Shown one piece after another: positions 38,946-49,300 of a DNA stretch of 64,000 nt (position 1 is the first letter of the stretch; every line of letters starts with the position of its first letter). The DNA is taken from assembly GCA_963823665.1 (NCBI GenBank), contig CAWGMQ010000004.1:2368001-2432000 (forward strand), in the 5' to 3' direction. The notes beneath the pieces were generated by a model. That model was not told the DNA's origin, did no database searches, and saw only the letters and a list, made by a program, of their open reading frames with translations. The DNA comes from an uncultured Planctomycetota bacterium. GTDB taxonomy: Bacteria > Planctomycetota > Planctomycetia > Isosphaerales > Isosphaeraceae. The position numbers and the translations under genes are program-made.

Positions 38946-39743
38946 GTGTACGAAGCACACTACGGCCTGAACGAGCGCCCGTTCGGTGAGACCACAAGCA
39001 CTGCGGCGTACGTTGCCGTGCCAAGCCGTGATGCGATTGTACGACGGTTGCACTACGCACTTATGCACGACGCCGGGCCAGCGATGCTTGTTGGCCCTCC
39101 CGGCTCGGGCAAAACCATCGTTGCCCGTCGAATGGCGGCTGAACTGAGCGCACTTCCGGTGCATGTCGTGTTTCCCGCGCTCTCGCCGGCGGAGCTACTC
39201 GCATACCTGGCCCATGAATTCGGCCACACAGCTCACGTGGACCCCTCTCCGCACCTGGCTCTACGTTACCTCCGTGACCGTTTTGCCGCGATGGCGAAGA
39301 ACGGAGAACGACCGCTGGTCATCGTCGATGACGCACACTTGATCCGAGACCTCGCGACCTTTGATGTCTTGCGGCTCCTGCTCAATTTCAACTCAACCGA
39401 ACGGCCTGACCTTGCGCTCCTTCTTGTCGGCGCCCCGGAACTGGTCCTTGACCTGCCGGCTGGACTGGCCGACCGCCTCGCGACGCGAACCGTAGTAGGC
39501 CCTTTTTCCGACGAAGAGTCTGCCACTTATATTGTCGGCCGACTGGGCAATATCGATGCTCGAGAGCACCTCTTCACCCGAGGTGCCCTGGCCTCGCTTC
39601 ATCAGGCTGCCGATGGTCTGCCTCGTCGTCTCAACCGTTTGGCTGACTTGGCTTTGCTGATTGCATACGCACAAGATCGCACTGGCGTCGATGATTCGGT
39701 CGTGCAGATTGCAGCCCGAGAGCTCAATCGCGAGGCGGCCTGA
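38946..39743 (+). CDS. ExeA/GspA-family AAA ATPase
   Basis: YEAHYGLNERPF, GPPGSGKT, VIVDDAH, LLLVGAPEL, GLPRRLNRLADLALL. Confidence 0.9.
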   Translation: MYEAHYGLNERPFGETTSTAAYVAVPSRDAIVRRLHYALMHDAGPAMLVGPPGSGKTIVARRMAAELSALPVHVVFPALSPAELLAYLAHEFGHTAHVDPSPHLALRYLRDRFAAMAKNGERPLVIVDDAHLIRDLATFDVLRLLLNFNSTERPDLALLLVGAPELVLDLPAGLADRLATRTVVGPFSDEESATYIVGRLGNIDAREHLFTRGALASLHQAADGLPRRLNRLADLALLIAYAQDRTGVDDSVVQIAARELNREAA

Positions 39744-39967
39744 ATCAAGCCAAGTTGTCCAGCCTCGAACCCCCCCTACCCCATCTGCCTTTCCAAATCT
39801 CCCTATCCTCTTTCGTCGCTTGCCCGCGTCGAAATCTCGGGTGAGTCCGGCAGACGAAATGGAGACCTCGCGATAGAATCCCGGCCCCGTGGATACTCAG
39901 GGCTGCCGACCGCTCTTCAATGTGCGACGGGCAGAGATGGATTGACGCCGAATCAGGGAGGACCAAA

Positions 39968-41689
39968 GTGGCGACTCCGCGAGATGATAGAAGGACGTGT
40001 CTCCGCAACATCATCCTTTCGATCGTTGCACTCGCTTCAACCGGCATACTCCGGCCTGCGCCTTTGCATGGGCAGGATCCGCCCGCTGCTCCGACTCCCA
40101 TTCCTGATGCACCCGCGGCGCAAGGGGGAGCAGCAGAACCGGCGGCGGATCAAACCGACGCCCAGGGCGGGCAAGTCATGACGCGCGGCCCGATTCACGA
40201 GGCGTTCGCCGCGCCGGTCGTCCATGATCCCAAAGCCTCGCCGCCAATCGAGAAGCAACCGCCGGCACCGATCCAGGAAGAACCACCCGACCAGAAGCCA
40301 GCCGGTCAGAATGTCCAATGGATACCCGGTTACTGGAGCTGGGACGTCTCTCGCAGTGATTTCATCTGGGTGAGCGGAATCTGGCGCGAGCCGCCGCCGA
40401 ACAGCCAATGGGTGCCCGGCTACTGGCACGATGTCGAAGGGGGCCACCAATGGGTCGCGGGAACCTGGATTCCTGCGAGCACGGCACAGTCGCAAAGCCA
40501 GCAATCGTACCTACCGCCACCACCGGCGAGCCTCGAGGCCGGAGCTAACTCGCCACCGCCGGCGGCCAACGTGAACTGGACTCCTGGTTACTGGTCCTGG
40601 CAGGCGTCGGGCTATGTCTGGCGGCCTGGATTCTGGGCCGCCGTTCAGCCGAACTGGATCTGGATGCCGGCGCACTACGTTTATACCCCGAGCGGCTATC
40701 TTTTTGTGCCGGGCTACTGGGATCTACCGGTTGCAAATCGTGGCCTGATGTTCGCACCGGTTTATTATCCTCAGCCGGTTTACGCGCAGCCGGGATTCTC
40801 ATTCACGCCGTCGATCAGCATCGTCGGATCGGCCGTGACGGCCAACCTGTTCGTGCAGGCAAGCACTAACCAGTACCTCTTCGGTAATTTTTACGCTCAG
40901 AACTTTGTGAGCGTCGGAATCACACCCTGGTTCTCTTTCTCGTTTGCAGCGGGCCGGCCCGCGTATTACGACCCGCTATTCTCGTACTACGCCGTGATCA
41001 ACGTGCGGCAGAACCCGGGCTGGGTGGCGGCTGTGCGCGAACAGTATGCCCTTCGTCTGGCGCGACCAGAGCTGAGGCCACCAAACACTTTCATCGAGCA
41101 GACGCGCATCATCGAGCGAAACGTGACCATCAACCGTAATATCACGGTTGTCGATCACCGTGAGCTGGCGATGCCGCTGAGCAAACTGGCGGCCGAACCC
41201 GGCCGGGGAATGCGACTGGTCAAGGTGGAAGAAGCCGAGCGCCAGCAAATCCGGCGACAGACGGCCGAGTTGCATCAGTTTCGCAAGCAGCGTTTGCAGC
41301 AAGAACGACAGGGAGCGAGAGAACGCGCCGCCGACGGTGGCAACCGACCCCGTCCGATGAATCTGCCGCACTCGCCGGTTGCTGCTCACCCTGCGCACGC
41401 GGATGTTGCTCATCATGTGGGAGAAGCTCATCCCGGCGGTGCACAGCAGGGTGCCGCCCGGCGATCGGATATGTTGCAGCATTCGTCGCGAGAGCCGGCA
41501 GCAGGACGAGCCGCGCATTCAGGCGAGGCCGCGGCTGAAGCACGGCGGCCGGCTCAAGGAGCAGGAAACGCCCGCAATCAGGCACGGCCGGGAACGGGTC
41601 GTCCCGCGGCTCGTGAACCAGCGCGTTCTGCTGCGGGCGAGCGAAATCGCCAGCGCGGGCGCGAGAACGAGGAAGAAAAGCCTCGTTAA
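39968..41689 (+). CDS. WXXGXW (YXWGXW) repeat-containing exported protein
   Basis: RGPIHEAFA, repeated WIPGYWSW, WVSGIW, WVPGYW, WTPGYW, WRPGFW, FVPGYW, and a low-complexity tail. AGGGAGG RBS before GTG 39968. Confidence 0.88.
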   Translation: MATPRDDRRTCLRNIILSIVALASTGILRPAPLHGQDPPAAPTPIPDAPAAQGGAAEPAADQTDAQGGQVMTRGPIHEAFAAPVVHDPKASPPIEKQPPAPIQEEPPDQKPAGQNVQWIPGYWSWDVSRSDFIWVSGIWREPPPNSQWVPGYWHDVEGGHQWVAGTWIPASTAQSQSQQSYLPPPPASLEAGANSPPPAANVNWTPGYWSWQASGYVWRPGFWAAVQPNWIWMPAHYVYTPSGYLFVPGYWDLPVANRGLMFAPVYYPQPVYAQPGFSFTPSISIVGSAVTANLFVQASTNQYLFGNFYAQNFVSVGITPWFSFSFAAGRPAYYDPLFSYYAVINVRQNPGWVAAVREQYALRLARPELRPPNTFIEQTRIIERNVTINRNITVVDHRELAMPLSKLAAEPGRGMRLVKVEEAERQQIRRQTAELHQFRKQRLQQERQGARERAADGGNRPRPMNLPHSPVAAHPAHADVAHHVGEAHPGGAQQGAARRSDMLQHSSREPAAGRAAHSGEAAAEARRPAQGAGNARNQARPGTGRPAAREPARSAAGERNRQRGRENEEEKPR

Positions 41690-41714
41690 CTGCGGTCTCT
41701 CGGCATACCTTGGT

Positions 41715-43115
41715 CTACGCCGGCCCGGGCAGCGCTAACGCCGGGTCGCCGTAGACCATGTACTTCATACCCTGGAAGAAAATGCTCGCGGGGTACCAAT
41801 CCTTGTTCGGCGCAATGGTTTCCAGGTGCTCAGCATTGTAGTAATAGTTGATGGCGCCAGCCCAGCAGTCACCGACCGTTGGCTCAGGCAGGTCGTGTAA
41901 TGTCTGGACAAACCCCTCAAGCAATGTCAGGCCACACGGCTGGCCTCCCGTGTTGCATCCGATGTAGGCAACGGCTCCGGTCATGCCGTGACGCACCAGG
42001 ACTTTACCTAGCCCTGTGTAATTATAGGCTCCCCGGGCATAAGGCGACGGAGGCGGTGGCGGGGACGTGAAAACCTCGCCAGCATCTGTTCCTGCGTGCT
42101 TCGCGCCGTGGACATCCTCGTAAGGCTCATAAGGCGGTAATGTGGCAAACCTCGCCGTCGAACAGCCGGCCGAGAGCATGACAGGCAGCCGATCACCGTT
42201 TTGCAGGTGCGACAGCGTACGAGCTCGAATGCTGTGAACCCAGCCGTTGTCTTCGCCATGCCCCACGTGGAAGACGAGTGAAGCACCCTTGTTCAAAAGC
42301 GCGGCGACATGACCTTCGTCGGACGAATTTGCCTTTGCCCCGCTACCGTAGAGCTTCAAGCTTTTCCATCCGGCCGGAAGTTCTTGGGTCCACCGGTCCA
42401 TCTGTCTGCGGGCATCGACCCAGCCAGGCACGTAGATAAACGCCGCAGTTCGAGCGGCCTCTTTCTTCATCATCAGATTGGCTCGGTCCTGCGCGATCGT
42501 CTTGTCAGCTAATAGCTCGACCTGGGCAGCGGAATCAACAGGCCAGCGACCAACGGCGAGCTCTGCCCGGTAATCGATCTGATCGAAGTTGATCGGATCG
42601 CTCTTGTTCTTCTCGCCGCGCACTTCGCCAAAGTACGACGCGTGAAACCCGTCCTTGCGTGCATTCCAGTCGTCAAAGCTGCCGTCGCGCCGGGCAACAT
42701 CTGCGTAATAGAGATCGGAAGGGTAGAAGGCGTAGTCGAAAGCCGTGGGCGTCACGCGGTCCAGGACCATATACCGCACCGGCACGATGTCGGCGTCTCC
42801 TACCAAGAGCACGTAGCGCAGACGCCGCTGCTTGTACTCGTCGTAGAGCCAGCGCTTCAGGCGCTCCGGGTCATCTGCCCCCGTGGTTTCCTTGAGGATC
42901 GCCTCGAGCGATGCCAGTTTGGTCGGGCGCTGTTCCGATCGGTAGGCGATGAATCTCGCCAGAGCCTGGTGGAACCGTTCCGGGGCAACGACGACCATTT
43001 CCCGCCGCCCGTCGGCTGGAAGGTGTGACCCTTCCACTCCGCCTGACGTGAAAGCTGCGAAAATGAGACTAAATGCGACGATACGAGGGTAAGGTCGCGG
43101 CAGTAGCCTTTGCAT
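41715..43115 (-). CDS. C25 (gingipain-like) cysteine peptidase
   Basis: Signal peptide, YVLLVGDA, SDLYYAD, AVGRWP, HVGHG, SAGCST, GAVAYIG, YGDPAL. Confidence 0.88.
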   Translation of the reverse strand: MQRLLPRPYPRIVAFSLIFAAFTSGGVEGSHLPADGRREMVVVAPERFHQALARFIAYRSEQRPTKLASLEAILKETTGADDPERLKRWLYDEYKQRRLRYVLLVGDADIVPVRYMVLDRVTPTAFDYAFYPSDLYYADVARRDGSFDDWNARKDGFHASYFGEVRGEKNKSDPINFDQIDYRAELAVGRWPVDSAAQVELLADKTIAQDRANLMMKKEAARTAAFIYVPGWVDARRQMDRWTQELPAGWKSLKLYGSGAKANSSDEGHVAALLNKGASLVFHVGHGEDNGWVHSIRARTLSHLQNGDRLPVMLSAGCSTARFATLPPYEPYEDVHGAKHAGTDAGEVFTSPPPPPSPYARGAYNYTGLGKVLVRHGMTGAVAYIGCNTGGQPCGLTLLEGFVQTLHDLPEPTVGDCWAGAINYYYNAEHLETIAPNKDWYPASIFFQGMKYMVYGDPALALPGPA

Positions 43116-43198
43116 GAACGTCTCCGGCAGAGTCCGCGATGATCAGAGCGCGATTCGCGCCGTTTACTTTGAGCGAGGCTTGCCGATTCTGCTGAGCA

Positions 43199-46096
43199 CT
43201 AGTTGCACTGCAGGCATGCCGCGCCGGTGGTCTTGAGAGAGATCGTCGCCCGGCGAGCCGCGTTTGCCGTCGGCGTAGTACCTTGCTCGTAATCCTCGAT
43301 TGCAAAGATCGCGCCCAGGTAAACGTTCTTCAGTTGGTACTTCGTGGGATCGCTTTCATAAAGGGCCCGCTGCTCTTTGTAATAAGTTGTGTCGGGCAGG
43401 AGATCCGATCCGGCGGGAGGCGTCTCCAACTTGAAGAGTGCCCCGAGAATCGGTTGTTGCTGGTCGAACTCCTGCGGATTCTTCGTGTAAAGCTCGCGAT
43501 CGAGAGGCGCATCGAAATGCGCATTCCTGGGCACGAGCGTTGTCGGCGTCGTCGGAATTCCTGAGATTTCCATGCCGATCAGAGTGCCGATTTGAGGATG
43601 CCAGTAGTCAAACCGCGTCGGATCGTGGCTCCGTCGCCTGCGCACGTAGTTATAGTAAGGTGTGTCGGGCAATAGCTTCAGCGGGCCTGTCGAGGTAACG
43701 CTCGACTTGATCGTGATATAAACAGTCGCCACGTTACTCAGCGTCGTGCCCAGTTGCGCCTGGTAGGTGAATGAATCGGAGCCCACGTAATTGAACGAAG
43801 GCGTGTACGCGAACGAGCCATTGGAGTTGAACGACAGCGCACCGTGCTGTGGGCCGGCCGTGAGCACAGCCGTGAGGGCGGCGCCTCTCGGTAAGTCATT
43901 GGTCAATACTCCGGGTGCTCCGACATTTAGCTGGACGTTCACCGTCGTTGTGTAATAGTCGTTCACTGCGACCGGCGTCTGCGTCGTCAAAACTGGCGTA
44001 ACCGTAATTGAAACGGTCGCCGCGCTGCTCGCCAGCACGCCGTTGGTACCTGTGAACTGGAAGCTGTCCGTGCCAGAATAACCGCTATTGGGAGTGTAGA
44101 CGAAGGTTGGCGCACTTCCTGAAAGTTTCCCGTGAGCAGGCTGTGCAGTGACTGTGAACGTAAGTGGCAGCGGCGGCGAATTTGGATCAGAGCCTTGCAG
44201 TGCGATCGGCGTGCTGGTGTTCTCGGCTGTAGTCACCGATTGCGCATTGGCTGCCGGCTGGCCAATCACCGTTATTGAAACCGTCGCAGCTTCACTCGAG
44301 CTCGTGCTATTGCTATCCGTGAACTGAAGCTCGTCATCGCCGAAGTATCCGGGGTCGGGTGTGTATGTCAGTTTCGGAGCCGTCCCTGAAAGCGTTCCAT
44401 GTAATGGTTGTGCAGTTACAGCAAATGAAAGCGCAAGCGGTGGTGAGTCAGGATCCGTGCCGGTCAGTGTGAACGTGACGGCGCTGTTCTCACCAGTCGT
44501 GATCGAAGTGGGCCCGGTTGCGCTTGGTTGGCCCACAACAGCAATCGATACAGTCGCTGCGCTGCTGGTTTGAACTCCATTGCTGTCGGTGAACTGAAAG
44601 CTGTCCGGCCCGATATAACTGCTGCTGGGCGTGTAAGTCAGATCGGGCGCCGTTCCGGATAGGGTGCCATGGGTGGGCTGTGCGGTGATCGTGAATCCCA
44701 GCGGAAGCGGCGGTATGTTGGGATCGGACCCCGTGACTGTAATGGCCGTTGCCGTGTCCTCCGGCACCGACACCGACTGATTATTCGCCGTGGGTGCTTG
44801 AACGACGATTGGCTGAAACGTGAACGATTGGCTTCCTTGAGCATTCACATTTCCCGCGAGATCCGCAACCTGACCGGCCACCTCCGTAACGGTGATCGGT
44901 CCAGCCAGTAGGATCCCACCGTTCTGACTGTAGGAATAGCGTTCCAGGTCGTTGCCAAGATCCTGCACCGAGTCGATCGTTACACCCGTGACCGTGATGT
45001 TTCCAATGCCAAAAGTGTTCGCATTGATCGGCGCCGTCCCGGCGTCGGTCCACTGTACGTCCACGTATCCAGGATCCTGTGTGATCGTTGAGTCAGGTGC
45101 TGGAGTCACGAGCGTCCCGACAGGCACTTGTTGATCGATCGTGATCATCTGCGTGGCAACGGAGCTTCCCGCTGCGTTTGTAGCCTGCACGCTCACCGAG
45201 TTCGGTCCCTGCGCCAACTCGACACCGGTGAACGTGAAATTTCCGTTGGCGTCAGAGGTCGTGGTGCCATTGATAAAACCGTTGCCGGTCGTTTCCAGCG
45301 ATACCGTCACATCCGGATCGGTCACGCCGATCAAGTTCACAGGATCGAAGTTGGTGATGTTCTCACCAACCGGGCCTGAGTTGGTCGCTGGGTCCAGCGT
45401 GAACGAAACCGGCGGCGGTGCTGCTCCCTGGTTCACCGTCACAGCCGTGATCCGCACCGAGCTGCTCGCCGGGGCAAACCCAATCAAGTCGAAGTACAGC
45501 GTGGCCTGCGTATTGGCCGGCACGCTCGATACGTCGACGCTGATTTCCTCGGGAAACGCGAGCGAGCTCACGGACCCTGACACCCCTGCCCCGGGCACAG
45601 TCACCTGCGGCGCATAATACACCTGGCCTGTCTGCTGGATGTTCAAGAACGCGTCCGTGTTTGCCAGTCCCGTCGCTGGTCCAACGAGCGGTTGATTGTT
45701 CGTGGAATTCAAAAGCGCTGCCTCAAAGGCATCCGGCGGGTTCCCAGGTCCATTGGCAACCAGATCGGAAGTCACGATCGCGAACTGAAGCGTCGTGGTC
45801 CCCGGCGCGATCGTGAAGCTCTGAGAAAGCTGGGTCTCGACTGTCGTACCCTCATTCAGAATTCCTTCTCCATTTGCAATCGAGGCGTTTCCCTGCGTCG
45901 TCCAACCATAATTCGGATCAGACGGGTCGCTGATCGAAAAGTTACCATTAAGCAGGCCAGAGAGTACAACGCGCTCTTCTAACTGCTCGAGCAACATTCG
46001 ACGCTTTGACCGAGCGCACAGCCTGTTGCATTTCCACGCCCATCCATGCGACGCAATCTCCACAAATATCCGACGCTCGCGCCTCTCATCATTCAC
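43199..46096 (-). CDS. Secreted Ig-like/tandem-95 (Big_9-like) repeat protein
   Basis: LEQLEERVVLS motif. Four repeats of the P(T/A/L/Q)HGxLSG...YTP...GxDSF type, and three C-terminal ~40-aa repeats. Start uncertain. Confidence 0.82.
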   Translation of the reverse strand: MNDERRERRIFVEIASHGWAWKCNRLCARSKRRMLLEQLEERVVLSGLLNGNFSISDPSDPNYGWTTQGNASIANGEGILNEGTTVETQLSQSFTIAPGTTTLQFAIVTSDLVANGPGNPPDAFEAALLNSTNNQPLVGPATGLANTDAFLNIQQTGQVYYAPQVTVPGAGVSGSVSSLAFPEEISVDVSSVPANTQATLYFDLIGFAPASSSVRITAVTVNQGAAPPPVSFTLDPATNSGPVGENITNFDPVNLIGVTDPDVTVSLETTGNGFINGTTTSDANGNFTFTGVELAQGPNSVSVQATNAAGSSVATQMITIDQQVPVGTLVTPAPDSTITQDPGYVDVQWTDAGTAPINANTFGIGNITVTGVTIDSVQDLGNDLERYSYSQNGGILLAGPITVTEVAGQVADLAGNVNAQGSQSFTFQPIVVQAPTANNQSVSVPEDTATAITVTGSDPNIPPLPLGFTITAQPTHGTLSGTAPDLTYTPSSSYIGPDSFQFTDSNGVQTSSAATVSIAVVGQPSATGPTSITTGENSAVTFTLTGTDPDSPPLALSFAVTAQPLHGTLSGTAPKLTYTPDPGYFGDDELQFTDSNSTSSSEAATVSITVIGQPAANAQSVTTAENTSTPIALQGSDPNSPPLPLTFTVTAQPAHGKLSGSAPTFVYTPNSGYSGTDSFQFTGTNGVLASSAATVSITVTPVLTTQTPVAVNDYYTTTVNVQLNVGAPGVLTNDLPRGAALTAVLTAGPQHGALSFNSNGSFAYTPSFNYVGSDSFTYQAQLGTTLSNVATVYITIKSSVTSTGPLKLLPDTPYYNYVRRRRSHDPTRFDYWHPQIGTLIGMEISGIPTTPTTLVPRNAHFDAPLDRELYTKNPQEFDQQQPILGALFKLETPPAGSDLLPDTTYYKEQRALYESDPTKYQLKNVYLGAIFAIEDYEQGTTPTANAARRATISLKTTGAACLQCN

Positions 46097-46396
46097 TCTC
46101 CCTGGGCGTGCTGCACTCGCCTCTGTACTCGGATGCCCAGATTCCTTCGTCTGTCAGTCTGGGATAACTGCGTAATTCTAACAGTTTGAATATGCCCGTG
46201 CGGCCGATTGACAATTTCGCATACCACATCAACGAGCCGGAAATGGACAATTTTCATGATAGCATCGATGCATTTCCGTAAGCGATACGGGGTCGATTCG
46301 ATTTTGGGCCGGGAGCGTGGTTTTGAATTCCAATGGTTCAACGACTTGGTTTGTGGTGCTGTGGCGGTCAGACGCACATGCCGTGTTTGCGACGCT

Positions 46397-49300
46397 TCAG
46401 GGCTTTTGCTTCATGACCGAACCGCGTTTCGCAAGGTGCACAGCCAGGTCGCCGTCAGGCCTGTTTGTAGCTTTCTTGCCGGCTGCCTTGCCGGGCGATT
46501 TGACAACAACGCGGCGCTTCGAGCCGTTGTGCTCAGAGCTCGCTCCTGCGTGGTTCACCTTCACCGTGACCGAGCGCTTATTCGCGTGCTCCGGCTTCTT
46601 GTCTTTCTTTTCCTTGGTGACGACGCTGCCGAGCGAATGAACTGCTTGATCCACCACGGTCGCCGGTGAAACGGGCGAGCTCGTGCTGGTCGCAGCTCCT
46701 GCACCTGACGAGCCCGTTGCTGGGGTAGACGGTGCCACCCCGTTGATGACGTTGATGATCTGGACATCAAGAGCCGATGGCAGCTCTTGAACGCTGGGAG
46801 CCAACGTCGCGCTCATGAGATCGTTGGCATAGATGCTCGAATTGAGCTCCTGGTCAGAATCAACCAGGGCGGCGGAAATCCCCGGCCCAACAAACGTTTG
46901 CGAGCCGTTGATCGTCTCCACATGCTGCTCGAAGCTGGGATTGTTCGGCAGGAAGCCTTCGAGATGGCCGAGTTCGTGCAGGAGCACTGTGAGCAGGTCG
47001 TAATGACCATAAGCGGCTGAGCCAGGCTGCGCTGCGTAGGCATTGTTAGCTAGCGTCTGGGAAAAGTCACTCTTGTTACCTGGCGCATCAGGATCGTCGT
47101 ACCAGCCAGCTCCGTTGGCGTTGGGCGAGAGCAGAATTACCCCGTTTGTAGCCTGCCCGGCGCTGTTCCAGTCGGTGACGTAAGTCTCACCCAGAACGCC
47201 TGAGGGGAGGGTAGCGACGACAATAGTCGGCATGAACGGCAGGGGCCTCCCCAGGGAGGTTTGCCACAATGTTAGCGCTTCTGGCAGGAGTGCGGTCAGC
47301 GCAGGGTCATCGCTCGAGATGAGCCCGCTTGGAGCGACCGGGATCACCCCGGCGGCGGGAAGACTCGCCAGGAGCTGACCGGAACGAATCGTATGCCCAT
47401 TCTGAGCAACGGTGATCGAGTTGGCGAGCGGGGGTCCCTGAAGGAAATTCGCTGTCAAACTGGCCCGGGCGCCCATGAAATTAGCCACGATGTTGTTGGC
47501 GAGAACTTTCGCGTTTCCTTGCGTTGAGCCAAATAGTGTGGCCGAGTCGCCGATCACCTGCGCCGCTTCGCCCAAGATACCCGCAGGGCTGCCGCTGAAG
47601 CCGTAGAACGTCTCCGCGAGGATAAGCGGACCGTTGAGATCGCCGACCAACGTCGAGTCGACGGAATAACTTGGAGTGCCAGGCCGCAATGGTCCTTGGG
47701 TGTCGTTCGTGTCGTAATAGAAGGTCAGTACCTCCATCGCATCCAAGCCCAACAACCCGTTGTAATAGGCATTCACACCGATCTGGACAACAAACAGGGC
47801 GAGGGCGAACAAGGGATTGGTCAGAAACACGAACGCCTTGCTGATAAACGGAGGAACTTTAGGAAGCGCGGCGCCAAGGTCTCCCGTATGGAGATACGTA
47901 TAGCCGCCACCCAAGACTCCGATCGCGCCGACTAGCAATGAAATCGCATCGAAGACGACGACGACCACGGCGTCCACGAAAAGATCATTAATGGCAGGCA
48001 GCGCGCTGGGGTTCACTGCCCCGAGGGTGTGTCGCAGTATGTTGATGGTCGGAATCTCGTCATTGATGGAGACAATGTCCATTTCCGCCTGAGCGGCCGT
48101 GGCCACAAGACCGATAGCGGTGGCGCCAAAAGCAAGTAGGGGCGATTCAAAGAGAAAAAGCCCGAAGATCCCCAGCGCAATGCTGCCCAATGCTATATCG
48201 CTTATGATGGCCGTAGGAGACGTGGGAGTGATCGACTGGCCGGAGGGATCGATCAGATTCACGGGGTTGTTTTGCGCGTACACGTAGCGGTGCAGCGACA
48301 GAGCATCACCCGTCAGGGCGGGGAGTGGGTCGGATTGAGTGAAGCGCCCCGTTGTCGGGTCATACAGCCGCGCCCGCATATAGTACTGTCCGGAGAACTG
48401 GTCGAACTGCTGTCCGGAATAGAGGAACTGCGTTGCCGCGGTGTATGGGTTGAAACCGATCGGATTGCCGAAGGCTGTGTAGGCGAAGCGATCGGTAATT
48501 GCTCCCTGCATGTTGGTCAGCAGGCGCGTCGAGCCGTGTCCATCGTAGAGGAAGAACCGTAGGCTGGAGAGGCTGGTGCCGACCTGGCCAACGATGTCAT
48601 CGCCCAGGATATAGGTCATAGTCACGGCGTGCGTTGTTCCGTCGCGCTCCTCCAGCACCTGTGCATACCCGCTGGGATTCTCTTCATCGACAACATAATC
48701 CGTGCTCGTGACGGTGGCTGGGCCACCGTTGATGATGACCGACGTGACGGTCCGCACTTTATTTCCACTGGTATCGTAGTAGTACGTCGTCGTGGTGACC
48801 TGCGTCTGCCCGGCGGCTGGCGAGCTTATCATCGTCGCCGTGAGCATCTGATTCTGGAGGTTATAGGTGTACTGTTCGACCATTTGCCCGTTGACCGACT
48901 CGGTCAGCAGGGAACCGTTTGCGTCATAGGTGTACGTGGTCACCGTGCCGTTGCTGGAGGTCTGCGCCAGTAACTCGTAATCATTGTTGTAGGTGTAGTT
49001 GACCGTGACGGTGCCGCTCGGGGTTGTGGTGACCATCGAGAGGCGGTTGCCAGCCAGGTCATAGGTGTAATCGATGGTGTAATCAAACTGTGGCTGGCCT
49101 CCCGTCAGGTCTTGCGACTTCTCCTGCGTCAACCGCCCCAGCGCATCGTAGGTATAGGTGATCTCTGTCTTGGCAAGGGTCCCATCCGCCTGCAGCGTGG
49201 TTTCAGTCGCCTGCAGCCTGTTGCCATTGGCATCATTGACGTAGTCATATTCGCTGAGCAGATCCCCGGCCGCATCCTTGGTGACTTGCTGAGTCAGGTT

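Noticed and set aside
46093..46377. 94-aa ORF as RHS immunity gene
   Set aside because: No clear RBS or protein-like features. It more likely overlaps the promoter region of the downstream Ig-repeat gene.
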